Positions 36,700-50,433 of a DNA stretch of 64,000 nucleotides are shown here, in pieces. Source of the stretch: Schmidtea polychroa (lineage: Eukaryota); assembly GCA_044892525.1 (NCBI GenBank), contig CM097888.1:72106001-72170000 (forward strand), in the 5' to 3' direction. A program made the translations under genes and the position numbers. The notes under the pieces were generated by a model. The model was given only the letters and a program-made list of their open reading frames with translations. It had not been told where the DNA came from and did no database searches. The stretch's first letter is position 1, and every line of letters begins with the position of its first letter.

Positions 36700-37760
36700 T
36701 GATGTTTTGCAATTCAAGATTAATAATGTTAGTATTATTGTTGATGGTTTTTACAACCCCTTAATCGACTCTAGCTCAATATATAGCTCAATATTTTATT
36801 CAAAACAAGATGCGTTGAGAGTTTTAGTTTGATTATTCCGTCATTTGTAGAATCAAAACTTCACGGATTTTTGGGTAACTTTTCCACGTAGAATGTACAC
36901 CACCAGTCTTAAACTTTCAGTCTAAATGTTTTAGAAGGCCCCAAAAATGTTTATACTTAAAGCCCCGTATTCTATAAAAGGGCCACTAATAATACTTGAT
37001 AAAGGCAGTGTCGAAAATTCGTGTTACATAGGACAAGAAACTTTTTAATCTTTATTTGTAATGGAAATGAATGTAATGTTTAAAGAAAAGTGAACAAAAA
37101 AATGATAGACTTTATTGATAGAAGAAAGTTAAATTAAAAAATCTTTGACTCTTAATTTGAAAAAAAATTGCCAATTTTCTAAAACTCTTCCCATTATCAA
37201 AATTCCCGATTCTCCACGACAAATCAATGAGAGAATGTATACAATATTTAATGAACTAATCCATAGGCAGCCCGATCAATCCGATGTATCGTTTCAGAAT
37301 TTTGTGTTTTTCTAATATAATTACCAAACAAAATTTCAAATCTAGCAAATATTTTTTTCCTTTAGCATCGATTATTCATTCTGAAAGTATCCAACATATA
37401 GAAAATCACCATATCAATCGTTTGCTCATTATTAAATCAAAATTATTGGATGCCGTGTACCATTCCTAGCTGACTGTATCGAATATCAATGAGTCGAGAA
37501 GAACTGGTACAAAAATGTACATAAATCCCGGTAAAATGCACATTTGTCAAATCCTACAGATGAGTCTAACGATAGTATTCGATACATTATCAACTGCCGC
37601 CGATTTCCCACACTAATCGGATAAATTAATTGCTTTAATATGTCGAATAAGGAAGCTGCTGTACTTTTATACTTGTCATCTCTGTTTTCGCTGAATAATT
37701 AAGAGCCCTGTCTGGAGTGAATTTTGTAATGATTTCATATCCACAATCTTATGACGAATA
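36700..37760 (-). mobile_element. Possible highly degenerate piggyBac transposase remnant
   Basis: Faint similarity to PGBD segments (WYTASN..LI, TIVRLICR, GCKKPSTII), with many stops. Confidence 0.25.
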
Positions 37761-38722
37761 CTATATATATATATATATTTCATTACCATCATATTAGAGT
37801 TGCTATTCTGCATCTGACTTTGTATTTTGTTGAATTTTATTTGAGAAAATTCCCATTTGATAAATCGGACTTATAGTCAGATTGTGGCTATAATTAAAAA
37901 AACGTTGTAATACCATTTGAATTTATTTTAAAAGTGAAAAGATGGTTANNNNNNNNNNNNNNNNNNNNNNNNNNNNNNNNNNNNNNNNNNNNNNNNNNNN
38001 NNNNNNNNNNNNNNNNNNNNNNNNNNNNNNNNNNNNNNNNNNNNNNNNNNNNNNNNNNNNNNNNNNNNNNNNNNNNNNNNNNNNNNNNNNNNNNNNNNNA
38101 TAAAGTGATGATTTCTTCGAGCAGCATAAATTAAATTTTAAGCAATTAAATGATAATTCAAGCCTTTTGTTGCGAAAAATATATTTTATACAAATGAAAA
38201 AAGTGTCGACTATAAGATAATTCTTGTCAATTTCCTGGAATTTGGTTTCTTCTATTTTTAAAGTGATTTTTGATCTTCTCTTTTATTTCTTTTTACTTAC
38301 TTTTCATTGGTTAAAAAAACAATAAACTTTTTTTCTAAAAAATTTAAAATTAACATTAAATATTCTCTAAAATTCAAAACGAAACACTAAAAATAATTTT
38401 TAAATTTTTAAAGCTTCTATAATTAGCTCATAGAACATACTTGATGTGTTTATCCAAAAAAGAAGTACCCCACTAGAAGTACATACATGTTTACTTTCAT
38501 GAACTCATGTTATTTGAAATTAAATGATTTTAAAATATTGTGAATTAAAAATTATTATTAATAAATAATGTATATAATCTTAATGGGTTGACTGCCTAAA
38601 TGTCACATATGACCGCTAGAATAACATTCTGATATCCAACTTGGCCCTTTGAACATTTTAAACTATTTTCTATGGCAGTTAACCTCTTAATATTATTTTT
38701 TTATCCAAAATTGAATAGCACA

Positions 38723-41700
38723 CAGGGCTGGACTGGAAACACATTTAGGCCCGGGAAATATCGGTGACGTAGGTCCACAATATTAAATTTAAGAAAAAAA
38801 AATTTGAAAAAAGTACATTAGTAATTTATAATCGTATTTATTAAAATAATAAAAAAGAGTTTTTTTGATAATTGCAATCAAAATCAACATTAAGTAATTA
38901 AAAATAATTAAATAAATATTATTAATTAAACAAGTTTTTTTAATATTTCACTTTTTTCTCTCATTACCTCAATTACTCTATTATTGCCAATGTTATTTAG
39001 AATATCTTTTCACACGCCATGAGCATACATGCTTCCAAATGTTTCTGACCTAAACAATTTCTGAGTCAATTTAAAATATATTTTAACTTTGAAAAAGATC
39101 TCTCACAAGATACTTGTGTTGATGATAAATTAATAACAAATTTGTACGCTAAAAATAAATTTGAGTATGCTAGTGTATCCAGATGAACTTTTTGCAAAAA
39201 CTGTATAACAGCATAGAATACAATTTCTGCATAATTTGCATGATCTTACTGTATTAATCTGTTCATCATCTTCTTCATCACAAAACAATTCACTGCTATT
39301 ATCTGCTAGAGTACCATTAAAAACTTTCCACTTTTTTGAAAATCTATTAGTTCAGCTTTCAAAATTTTCTTCGTAATATTTTTATTTAATTTTTGATTTA
39401 TTAAATTAGTTAAAGGTTCAAAAATTATGATAAAATAAAAAAGTTTAACAAAAAACAATCCATTTATTACTTTATTTCATTTTTTTCGATTGACATATAT
39501 ATAAAAAAACAGAATTTATAAGAATGATTTTTTCCTGGCTTTCATGTCTGCAAATTTTTCTATTGCTGCCTCCAAATTTAGGTTTGCTACAACATTATTT
39601 TCAATTGAAATAATGGTCAAATTATTCAACCTATCTTCCGTCATAGTAGATCGCAAATACGTTTTTATTAGTTTTAATTTACTAAAACTTCTTTCACCAC
39701 TCGCAACACTAACAGGAATTGTTACGAGGATTCGTAAAGCCACCCACAGATTTGGTACTGTAATTAATTCGTTTTGTATAGTTTTTCCACAATAATGAAC
39801 ATGAATTTCTTGTGAGACCACCCTGCGCAAATGCTCATTTAATGGTAAATCAAATTTTCCTAGAAGTTCAACAAGGCCTAAAAAATTTCCATTATGCGGA
39901 AGAAATAACTTATCACAAGAACCCCGAAATGCTAAATTATTTTTTGACAAAAATAATTTTATGTTTATTAATCTTTCTAGTACCTTTTTCCAATTATATT
40001 TTTCTTGGACTATCAAAGACTGCAAATTCTTATCAATAGTTTTATTGCCTTTTAATCTTAATCGAGTTTCTATCCAGTTTTTTTCACATTTTAAATGTGA
40101 AACTGACCGTTCGTGCATTTTCAAGCTGTCGTGAATATTTTTCCAATCCGATAAACCAGATTTGGCTAGATTTGACCTACCTGATGGATTAAAAAGTTTG
40201 CAAAAAAAACAAAATACAGAATTTTTGGATTCTGAATAGTGCAACCATTTTCTTAGGAATTTTTCACCATTACTTATTTGACGATAAAAAAGCGAATTGG
40301 AAAAGCTTCGATTATTTTCATCTCTTGGATAAATATGTTGTTGATTACACCTTTCTTCGTTTCCATATAAGTCCGTTACAACTATATGGTCAATTTCCGT
40401 ATGTTTTAAATTTTGTGGCCATAGCCCAATATCATTATAATTTAAAATATTTTCAAATACAGAATGAGTTGAATCACTAGGAACAATTATTTCAGTTCCG
40501 TGAGAAGACATTAAATTATCCTCATTGATAATATTACAATTTTCAGCTTCTGATGACACATTACCTATATCGTCTTCTGAGCTTGAAGATGTTGACTCGA
40601 AATGTTGATTATCATCGGCTACTGATTTACTGGAATTAAAATATTTCAATATTTTATCGTGCTTATCAGCTTGTTGTTGTCTATTTATTTTTCGTTTCCG
40701 ATATTCATACCCACTCAATTTTTTTGGTGGCATCTTAGCTATGGCATAAATTTATATAAATATATTATATATTTTCCAATATATTTTTAAAAAATGATCT
40801 TAATCTTACCTTACCTCTTATATATTTATATTTTTAAAACAGAATAGGAATACAAATTTAATTTGAACAAACTGCAACAACACATTAGTTACACACACGA
40901 AACAAAAAAAATTGTTAAAAAAAACTGGTAGCTATAGCTGTTAATTTAACTCGCACATCAGTTTTTGTAATACATACATATAATTTTTTTTTATTTCAAT
41001 TTTCAATACATATCAGAATTTCTCAGAATTGGAAATTCGTATATTTTGCATGTACTTTTTTTTTTGTTTTTTCTTATTTTCAATTTTTTTTAAAACGGTT
41101 GGTTTCATAGATAAATTTCAAAATATAAAGTTTTGGAGGCTTATTTTATAATTTACTTTGATTGTTTATAATAAATTTTGGCGCCCTCTAAAAAAAGGCA
41201 CCCTAGGCTATGGCCTAGGTCGCCTGGCCCTTGGGCCGGGCCTGGTGACTAGGTATATTAATACTTGAAATTTGTAGGAAATTATTTGGATCTAAATAGA
41301 ATATATCATTATAAAGAGGATCATTTTTTAAAAATCGTACATTCATGAAACTGGTAACTGCATCCATTATAACATTATAAAAACTTATACAAAATCTATC
41401 GTTAGAATTACCCGTTCTATTTCTTTTATGTTTTTGACATAACATTGTTTCAATTTCAATTCCGATTTCTCTCTTGTCTAGTTCTTTGTTTGCAGCCAAT
41501 GCAAAATTTACTGCTGCTTGATATACAGTATCAAAATCTCTTTGTATTTTAAAAAGATTTTTAGTCGAATTTTTACCATACCAAATGCAATTGCAATATC
41601 CATACCTGATGTTTGTAAGTATGATGACAAAGTTGTTGTTTCTTCAAATATTCGTAAATATATTTGAGCTGTTAAAATAATATCAAATTATAGAAACGTG

Positions 41701-43126
41701 CTCAAAATAGTGTTTTCTCGATGTCTAATTTCTTTCTTAAACTTTTCGAATAAAAGAGATTTCATAGGAAGTCTGCAGAACATCGACGAAAAATATAATT
41801 CCAGATGTACTATTAAATGTACCAAACATTTTTCTTTGGCCCACCAACATGCTTCTCCAATAGTAGAAATAAATTTAAATTTACAAAATTCTCGCCATAC
41901 GCTGAGTCGTTTATAAGATTCCTTTAAAAGACCGCACGTGTATTTAAGATACCTAATAGTGGAATGGCTTCTTTTGTATTTTGTGTGATATCCGTAATAA
42001 CTAAATTTAATAAATAAATTCCAAACATGTCTGATAATTTGTAGCATTTCTCTGCTTCAATTTTCATTATATTTGGCCTTTTAATTTTTATCAAATCCCA
42101 ACAACTTTTTCGTTTTGCTGACATTCTGGATAAAGAGTAAGGTATTCATATAAAAAAATTCATATTTAAAGCTAAATAAAGTTAATTAATGTAAAGTTTA
42201 CATTTTCCATTATGTGTCATAAATTGCCATTGGACCATACTGAAGGCCTATCCTGCTACTGAAGCAAAAACACTTTTTTTGATTTCTAGAGCTGTTAAAA
42301 AGATAAAAAAAAGTCTGATCTTATAGTTTCAATTCGTTTGGAAATTTTTTGTAGGTGTTTTCAAATGGTTCAGTTTTCTTATACAAAAAAGTGAATTTTT
42401 CGTTTTTTTATACATTAAAAATAATGTTAAGTCAAAGCGCGGGGCCCAAGGCGGTTGCCGTGTTTCGCCTTGCCATAGGGCCGGCCATGGGTTCTAATCG
42501 AAATCGCAATGATTTAAAATATGTATGATTTTAGTTCGCGTAAATTAAATCCAATTAATACTTGAGCGTGTAGGGGCTTATAAATCGAGGACCGGCCGCC
42601 ATAACAAGTAAAAAAACGAATATGTACAAACCTTAAAAATAGTTGAATAACACCTAATCAGATTATAAAATACGTTTTCTTAATCAGGGAACTCAGAAAG
42701 GTTCAAGGGTAAACGATTTACAATAATATATCTCAACTCTACCGTTGAAACTTGAAATGAGTTATGATGACCATAACTACCATGTAACCAGCGCTGTCAT
42801 ATAATACGAAAAACATACACACGCCAGCTTCAAGGTCAATGGAGAATTTTTTTGAGGGAGACTTATTTATCATGTGGTGCTGCGACGAACGATAGAACTT
42901 CTCATTTACGATTCAACGTTTCTACACACGTCATCTGAATGTTTATTTTGTTAACTCGTTAATCAACTATAAAGTAACAATTGTAAAAATTTAATTTCAT
43001 TTCATTAAAAAAATTTAAGAACTTGACTTGTTATAACTTAATGTTATTATTCAAAATAAAGAACTTGACTATATTTGTGGGCCGGTAGGCCCACCATGAT
43101 ATTCCCGGTGGCCCAGTCCAGCATTG
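38723..43126 (-). mobile_element. hAT transposon (decayed) with nested hAT insertions
   Basis: TIRs CAGGGCTGGACTGG and CAATGCTGGACTGG, 8-bp TSD ATAGCACA (38715-38722 and 43127-43134). Transposase pieces at about 42120-41253 (CWWAK) and 39370-38990 (TQVSCERSFSKLK). Confidence 0.85.
39516..40733 (-). CDS. ZMYM1-like hAT transposase with an in-frame deletion of the catalytic core (405 aa)
   Basis: TTF zinc finger (FCFFCKLF...H..S..H), DUF4371-like LAFRG and NGNFLGLVELL, then a direct jump from GKTIQNELIT to the dimerisation domain VPNLWVALRILVTIPVSVASGERSFSKLK. hAT-type end CAGGCCCGGCCC at 41244. Confidence 0.85.
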   Translation of the reverse strand: MPPKKLSGYEYRKRKINRQQQADKHDKILKYFNSSKSVADDNQHFESTSSSSEDDIGNVSSEAENCNIINEDNLMSSHGTEIIVPSDSTHSVFENILNYNDIGLWPQNLKHTEIDHIVVTDLYGNEERCNQQHIYPRDENNRSFSNSLFYRQISNGEKFLRKWLHYSESKNSVFCFFCKLFNPSGRSNLAKSGLSDWKNIHDSLKMHERSVSHLKCEKNWIETRLRLKGNKTIDKNLQSLIVQEKYNWKKVLERLINIKLFLSKNNLAFRGSCDKLFLPHNGNFLGLVELLGKFDLPLNEHLRRVVSQEIHVHYCGKTIQNELITVPNLWVALRILVTIPVSVASGERSFSKLKLIKTYLRSTMTEDRLNNLTIISIENNVVANLNLEAAIEKFADMKARKKSFL

Positions 43127-44748
43127 ATAGCACATATCCAAAATTGAATGGCAAAATCCAAAATGGCCTGGTAAACCCTGTGATTCTTGAAATTGTAATA
43201 TTTAAAAAATACATTTCCCTAAATAATGGCTTGAATTATTTCAAATAAATATTTTAATAAAATCATCGGTAAATCATCTAATTTACTAATATTTCATAAA
43301 TCCAATCAATCACATGACTTTGTGTGCGCTTTTGCATCAAGATCTGTTATTATTGGCTATGATATTTTCTTGTGTGCAAGTCAAAATAATAAATTTTAAT
43401 ACAAATTCGTGGCTGAATGTGAAAGATATTAAAGAAACTTCAATTACATTCGATTTATTAACTCTTGATAAAATTATGATCGATTTGGGAAAGTTTTATT
43501 ATAAAATGGTTTTTGAAAATATGTGAGCAAAAAGAATAAATATTTTCAACATAAAAGAAAAAATAAACAAAATCTTAATCCATTATTTTCTAAAACTTAA
43601 ATTTTTGTATGGGTAATTTTAAACTTTAGTAAATATTTATTTAAGTTTTTTTAAAGTTAATTTGTCGTTTAATTCTTTGCTCCTTCATCTGTTATTATTC
43701 TCCACATTATTATTCACCCTAATGATTAGTACCTTCCCAATAGTAATTTTTCCACTAGTTAGTACTTCTCTGTTTATATTTCCCCACAAATATCTCTTCC
43801 CCTGAAAATCGATTACCAACAAGAATACTATATAGTTTAATTTGACTTAACTGATAATCTAATACATCTTTTGTTAAATAATTTAAAATCTTTTCATTCA
43901 ATTGAAATTTGTATTCCTACTTAACATATCTCCACTTTTGAAGTACTCTCACTACTTCCACCATCTTATCATCAATAACATTTTTACCTCTTCTAATTGA
44001 ATTTTCCCTCTTCATTGAGTAATTCGACCTCTATTTCACTGTTCAATAAAAAATTCTGCTTCAATTTCCCCCTTTAATAAAGATTCTTACCTTCTGAGAA
44101 TATTATTTTATCACATTTATTATATTGATTAAAATTAGTAATATCTATGATAAATTGGGAATTTAGATAATTTAAATGAAATTTGATGAGAATTTTTAGG
44201 GACTATTTAAATAAATGAGAGCTTATGGTAACTTAAAAGAAATTTGTTAATAATTTTCAGTGATAAAGATATTTGGCGACCGCGCTTTTTTTCAAAAGTT
44301 TATTAAATTTTATTATTAATAATTCATCTTAGTATGATAATTTTTGAAGCACTGATTAATACAGAGAGTAGCATCACACTTCTGACACATATAACTAATG
44401 TTTTTTTCTTATGTTGCCTGATGAACAGACAGTATTTAATAATTATTTATTTTTAGTACAGATATAATGATTGTGAATTTTATGTATAATATACATTGCC
44501 TATTATACAAAATCGAGACAATTAATACATATTGGAAATGTTTAGTGTCCTGGGTTGTTATTTATTATGTTATTATAATTTTAATTGATTTCATTTAATT
44601 AAAATTTATTCTAAATTAGATTGAAAATATAATAAATTTACATAAAAACTTAATATTATAAAACTCAATGAATAATCGTCATAGTCTACTATTTGCTTAA
44701 TCTATTTCCCATTGAGATAGTTATTGGCAACAATACTTCTAGTATTTA

Positions 44749-44970
44749 CCCTCTGACCGAGCATCCCGCGATTTACGCGTGCAGCATCTACTGGTTTAAT
44801 TATACGCATCCCGCGATTTGGACGTGCTCGCATTTATTTATATTTTCTAACGTTGCTATTCCGCGATTTCCCCGTTCAAGCTATTAAAAATTCTATTTAA
44901 AAATATTTATTTTAATATTTACAAACATAAAAAAATACATCAAATTTGAAAAAAAAACGCGGTCAGAGGG
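44749..44970. mobile_element. piggyBac-type MITE
   Basis: 11-bp TIR CCCTCTGACCG, flanks TTTA and TTAA, internal repeats of (C)ATCCCGCGATTT. Confidence 0.7.
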
Positions 44971-45779
44971 TTAATTACATCCATATTTAAGATTTAAATT
45001 CTAATATTTATTTATTAAAAATATTCTCATGTATAAAATATTATTCAAAACATCCACGAGGAATTTCTTTTAGTGTTTCTCAACCTTTTTAAGATCACGT
45101 CACCCTAATATTTTTATTATTTCAGTTATTTTTAAAAACAGTCAATGCCACAAAGAATTTTTTCCAATAATTTTAAGAATCTTTAAGAACTTTTTTATGA
45201 AATTTTCAAAAATAATACAAATTGTGTAATGTCAATGTTTATTTAATAAACCAAACATTTTTGTCAGCAAAATAAATAAATAAATATTATTAATTAAAAA
45301 ATTGTACTTGATGATTTTTGCCAATTTCTTTTATATCTGGTCGAGTGTTTGATAGACATACCCTCAATTCTTCCTCTATATTTTAGTATTTCTTTCTAAT
45401 AAGTATCCAAAAATTATAGTTAAACTTTGCTTTCAATTACTAGATTTCGTCCTCTGATCGCTGACTACCTTATTCACTCAAATTCTCTCTTGTTCATTCG
45501 ACCAACTAGCGGCTTGTCTGTTTTTGAGCTGGTAAGCTGGGGTCCCACTTCTTCACAAAGTTTCGTAAATATTCTGGATTTAAGTGGCCTACTTTTGACA
45601 TTATTAATAGTCATGGCTATTTCATCCAGTACATGTTTTTACTATCAATACTATCAGTACTTTGTGGTGTATAATACAACATGTCAATAAGATATTTTCA
45701 TTGTGTTTGTTACGATAAGACACCTTTAAAACAACCTACCATAGATGGAGCACAATCTGTGTATGTGCTTATATGATAT

Positions 45780-46100
45780 TCCCATTATATATCAACAGAT
45801 CGAAAGTATGTACTCATTATGTCAAAAAACGTCTTTTCCAGTCGATTTTTTTTCAAATTGCTTGAAAAATTAAAAATCTTCTGTAATTTCTTCTTCAATG
45901 AAACAAATAAGAACCAGCAAATGTCAATTAACAAGTCAATTTTATTTGGTATTTCTTACAAAAACAAAAAAGTTATGTATCTACCGCTATTTTTAGTGAC
46001 ACACAAAATAAAAAAGAACGATTCCATATGGCGAAAATCTTCACATACATGGAGCATTCAACAAGTACTAGAACTACCCCACAAAAACAATAGTGCTTTA
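45780..46100 (-). mobile_element. hAT (Charlie/Buster-type) transposase remnant
   Basis: EEEITEDF.FFKQFEKKSTGKDVF resembles the I.EDFLFC..L...TTG..IF segment. Confidence 0.5.
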
Positions 46101-46214
46101 ACAATATTCACCGTAGTGAAATCATCATATATTAATTATGGTTACAAAAATATAGTTTTTTTTTATATTCACCTGTATATCATGGTGGGATTGCACATTT
46201 TCAATTTATTTGTC

Positions 46215-46720
46215 AAATCATGTTACATCATGTTAAATGCCGAGTATTTAAGTGTGGTTAAATTCTTTGTTTTGCGTGGTGATAACACTCAGAAAATACG
46301 GAATCAGTTGCCTACAACTTACAGCAATATATGTTCTTAAATTAAAAACCGTATTAAATTACCCAGTTCAATTTACCCAGTTCAAAAATTTCGCCAGTCA
46401 GTGTTTGATGATGAGAAAGTTTGTTCTTGTAACATTTCTGACCAAAAAATAAGAAGTTTTGTAAATTGTAAAGGAAGAACACCGAATCAATATGAAGGAT
46501 GTCTCTCAGTGGTTGAATGTGAGTACCGGATGTCTTAATAAATTACATTTTTGAGATTTTGAAACCAAGAAAAATTTACAAATGTTAGAACGTTGACACT
46601 TTGCTTGTCGCGTAGTATCACATATGATACATAATCGCTGGAAATGGACAGACAAAACATGCATAATGAGAAATTAATTAAGACTGGAATTTCTGAAAAC
46701 CGTAGTTTTTGCGGTTTTCG
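46215..46720 (+). mobile_element. Mariner transposase N-terminal remnant
   Basis: EYLSVVKFFVLRGDNTQKIRNQL..TY resembles the mariner HTH start EYRAVIKF..L.G....I...L...Y. Confidence 0.55.
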
Positions 46721-47332
46721 AGAGCATACACTTAACACTCAGATAATAAATGCAATATCAATTGTTATTAAATGTAAGTACGGTTACTAAATTATATCAC
46801 TTTTATTTTTATTTAAATAACGAAATAGACATAATAATGATTTAATTATTCGAAAGCGTAACTGAAACATTTGTTTAACGATATATATATTTCGACTATT
46901 GTCATCATAGATTAATAAAACAAACAATAAAACTATTATTATTTTTAATAAATTTTACGAGGAATTATTTTTTTAAAAATTATTTTTAAAATCTCTTTAA
47001 ATTAATTCACATCCAAAATAATTTAAATAAACTATCCATAAATTAAAAAATTTTAAAAAACTAAGTCTTTTAGCATACCAATTTAATCATTCTCTACATT
47101 TGAAAACAAGAGTAGCCATTCATCTACCCTGAATTTAAAATCAAACTATTTANNNNNNNNNNNNNNNNNNNNNNNNNNNNNNNNNNNNNNNNNNNNNNNN
47201 NNNNNNNNNNNNNNNNNNNNNNNNNNNNNNNNNNNNNNNNNNNNNNNNNNNNNNNNNNNNNNNNNNNNNNNNNNNNNNNNNNNNNNNNNNNNNNNNNNNN
47301 NNNNNNNNNNNNNNNNNNNNNNNNNNNNNNNN

Positions 47333-47590
47333 NTATCAACAATGCTTTACATATCACATGTTCCCAATAATTATTAAACAAGTTTTAATAAAATTTTAAA
47401 ATCTGACATCTATTTTACTCATACTAATTGTGTTCAATAACATTGGTTAATCGATAGGTTTACAGTGTTTAAGAACTTAAATACAAAAAACGGGAAGTCT
47501 CTACAATGTATATGGCATTACACCCATTACATTTAAATTGATAAATGAGATCCAAATACAATCCAACCAGGGTTTGAGACATATTGAAAA
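47333..47590 (-). mobile_element. Penelope GIY-YIG 3' remnant, third copy of the 10.5-kb family
   Basis: DNA similarity to 10587-10840 (GGCATTACACCCATTACA, GATAAA.GAGATCC). Confidence 0.7.
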
Positions 47591-48057
47591 AACGGAATTG
47601 GACAATTAAGATACTTTTTTGTACAAAATTATAATATTATTATTTAATGATAATGGTAATAACTTCAACTCTATGGGAAGCGATTTTCCTAACGTATGCT
47701 CCAGTGTCTCGCTGCTTTTTCACTTAATCGGTCATGTAGTTTTTATTATTATTAGTAAATCGAAATGTTTAAAAGGTTAAAAAGAAATGTCACCAGGTCT
47801 TCACAATTAGCTAATTTGGTCTTACTAGCAATAAAGAAATTGGATCATACTGATAAATTTGATAGGGCTTGAGGAAAACTTCAAAATTGCAATTCTATTT
47901 GAATATTTATTTATTTTTTTCGTAATTTCAAATTTTTAAAGAAATATAATGTTATAAAATTTTATTTTATTTCTTTTATTAGCAAGTTTATGTTACTAAA
48001 TTCGCCATTTTTACGAAATTAAAAAGACTAAGAATTTAGTGGTTATTTAAGAATATA

Positions 48058-48414
48058 CAGCGTAGGATGTCGATAAAGCCCGCGTGCAATTAAAATACCT
48101 GTAGCCATGCAACCACGCGAGATAGAAAGAATCTGTAGGAAGCAAAAGAAAGAAGAAACACTTTTTATTTGTTTTTTATTGTTCTTGTTAATTTTCAACA
48201 TGTTTATTATCATTACTAATAAAAATGGAATACGATTCTATAGTTCCATGAAAACATTTTAAAGCCTTTTTTTCAGAAATGCAGGCAATTACATCAGCTA
48301 TCCTGTTTTAAACAAATACTAAATAAAAATTTTAAAAACCAATCCTTTTTACAGATTCTTTCTATCGCATTTACTTAAAGTATTTTTAATTGCACACGGA
48401 CTTTATGGACACTG
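48058..48414. mobile_element. Tc1/mariner-type MITE
   Basis: About 30-bp imperfect TIRs (GTC.ATAAAG.CCG.GTGCAATTAAAA), TA flanks. Confidence 0.65.
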
Positions 48415-50433
48415 TATATTAGCAAAAAGTATTTTAAATTTTGGCATTAAAAAATTCTATTCATTTTTTAAATAAATTTAAAATAAATTGAAAACAGAAA
48501 TTCCGTTTTTGATGTCTTGTTTCAAACTTTAATATTGCAACTTTGACTTCAAACTGATGTAGCCACGAATAAACTTGTTTGACAATATCTTCATATTTTA
48601 AAACTTTTTATTTGTATATATCTTCGTTGACAACAACTAATTGATTATTTATATTCTTATTTTTTACAACATAAGTGATGCATTCTTTTATCAAAAAAAT
48701 ATATCGGCAATATTATTATCGAAAGTATTTTCGTCGATTCGAATGGTTATTCTTGTTTCCATGATATTTTAATTTCTGAAAAATATTTATAATATCTATG
48801 AATTTTAACAACACAGAATATTTTGTATAGCAATATATAAAGATTACTTTATATAAAAAGAAATAATGTATTATTTAAAAATTCTGGCGAATCTGAAAGT
48901 TTAACGAATTAGTCAGTAGTATAATTTTTTCTTCATATTTAAATAGGATAAATACATTTTTAAATTTACTCAATTGTAAATTCTTTCTCAATACATTTCT
49001 TTTATCTAACAAATTTTAAATGCTGAGGTGGCCTTCAAATAAATGTTGGTTGTGGGCTCAAAAATTGTCACGCCATTTTAATTTTGTATTTCATAGATTG
49101 AAAAATTACCGTAAAACCTTAAAAAATAATTAAAGTTTCGAAACATTTTTTTGTGTTATTAAATTAATGTATTGTATAATTGTCCTATTACTCATCTTCA
49201 TTATTAATATGTTTAAATAACAAGAAATAATAACATGAAAAACGTTTTATTAAGGTTTCAGCTATTTTTTATCGACTCAGCCACATTAATTTGATGATTT
49301 GTATCATAAAAGCAATGTTACAAAGTATTCTTATAAGTGATTTTTCAGACAGCTTTATTCTGACAATCAAATAATTAAACGCATAATTTATTGTCATTTA
49401 TTGATTGATATTTCATCTTATGCAATACATGGTTAAATAAAATATATGAAAAAACATATGATCAATAAACTCAGAACACACCAACAAATTATCAGAACGA
49501 ATTTCTAAAATTCTCAGTGTGCTAGAGAATGCATCACAGACCATCTGCGATCAATAGTAATAGCTGAAAACAATTAGCGAAATGTAACGACCGAATGTAA
49601 CAGATATTGAATGTTAACTTGATTTTGATTGGTTAGCGTTGTATCGAGTTTTAATATCATAAATAATATGCCTAATATTTTCTACAGTTAGTTGGTATGT
49701 GTGGCCAATCAATGCTTACCTCAACACACAAAGTTTATTGACAGCGCGATTCTACAGTAAGCTGGTTGGTTGTTAGCAAACGCTCGAGTCGATATGAAAT
49801 GTAGCGTCAATATCTGTGTCACAAATTTGTCCATATTCGCCGAGGTCGATACATTCTGAATTACTCCATTATCACGGTAAGCTTGATAGTCGTTTAATTT
49901 TTTTTTTTGAACTAGTGCAGACCCCGATTAGCGACTCGAATGGGTCGTTGCTCATGCAAACGCGTGTTTGAAGTGCACCTGATTCCTGCCATGTATATTT
50001 AGAGTTGTGCCTTTAATCGATGAGACGTATCATTCTTCTATCGGACACTCATGTTTTGTTCCCATCGTTACGATTCTCCTTTTCATTTCTTTTTATTTAT
50101 TTTGCGGTATATAGCATATTTGATCTAGTATCCATAAACCATTCCAGTCAGTCTTTCTTTCACGGTGATTTTCGATAGATTTCTAAAAGTTTTTTGATGA
50201 AGATTGTCTTTAAAACTGTTTTTACTGCATTGTTCTTTTTATAAATTACAATAATAAATGTTTTTTGGTGTAAAAATTTATGTTGTGAGTATTTTGACAA
50301 GAAATTTTAAGGAGTATGATTTAGTCAAATTTGATAAGATAACTATGTAAATCATCACCAATGAATAATAGGGGATTTATTTTTCATTTACTATGTTTTT
50401 ATTCACGGTTTCTCGTTCAGACAGCCGAGCTAA

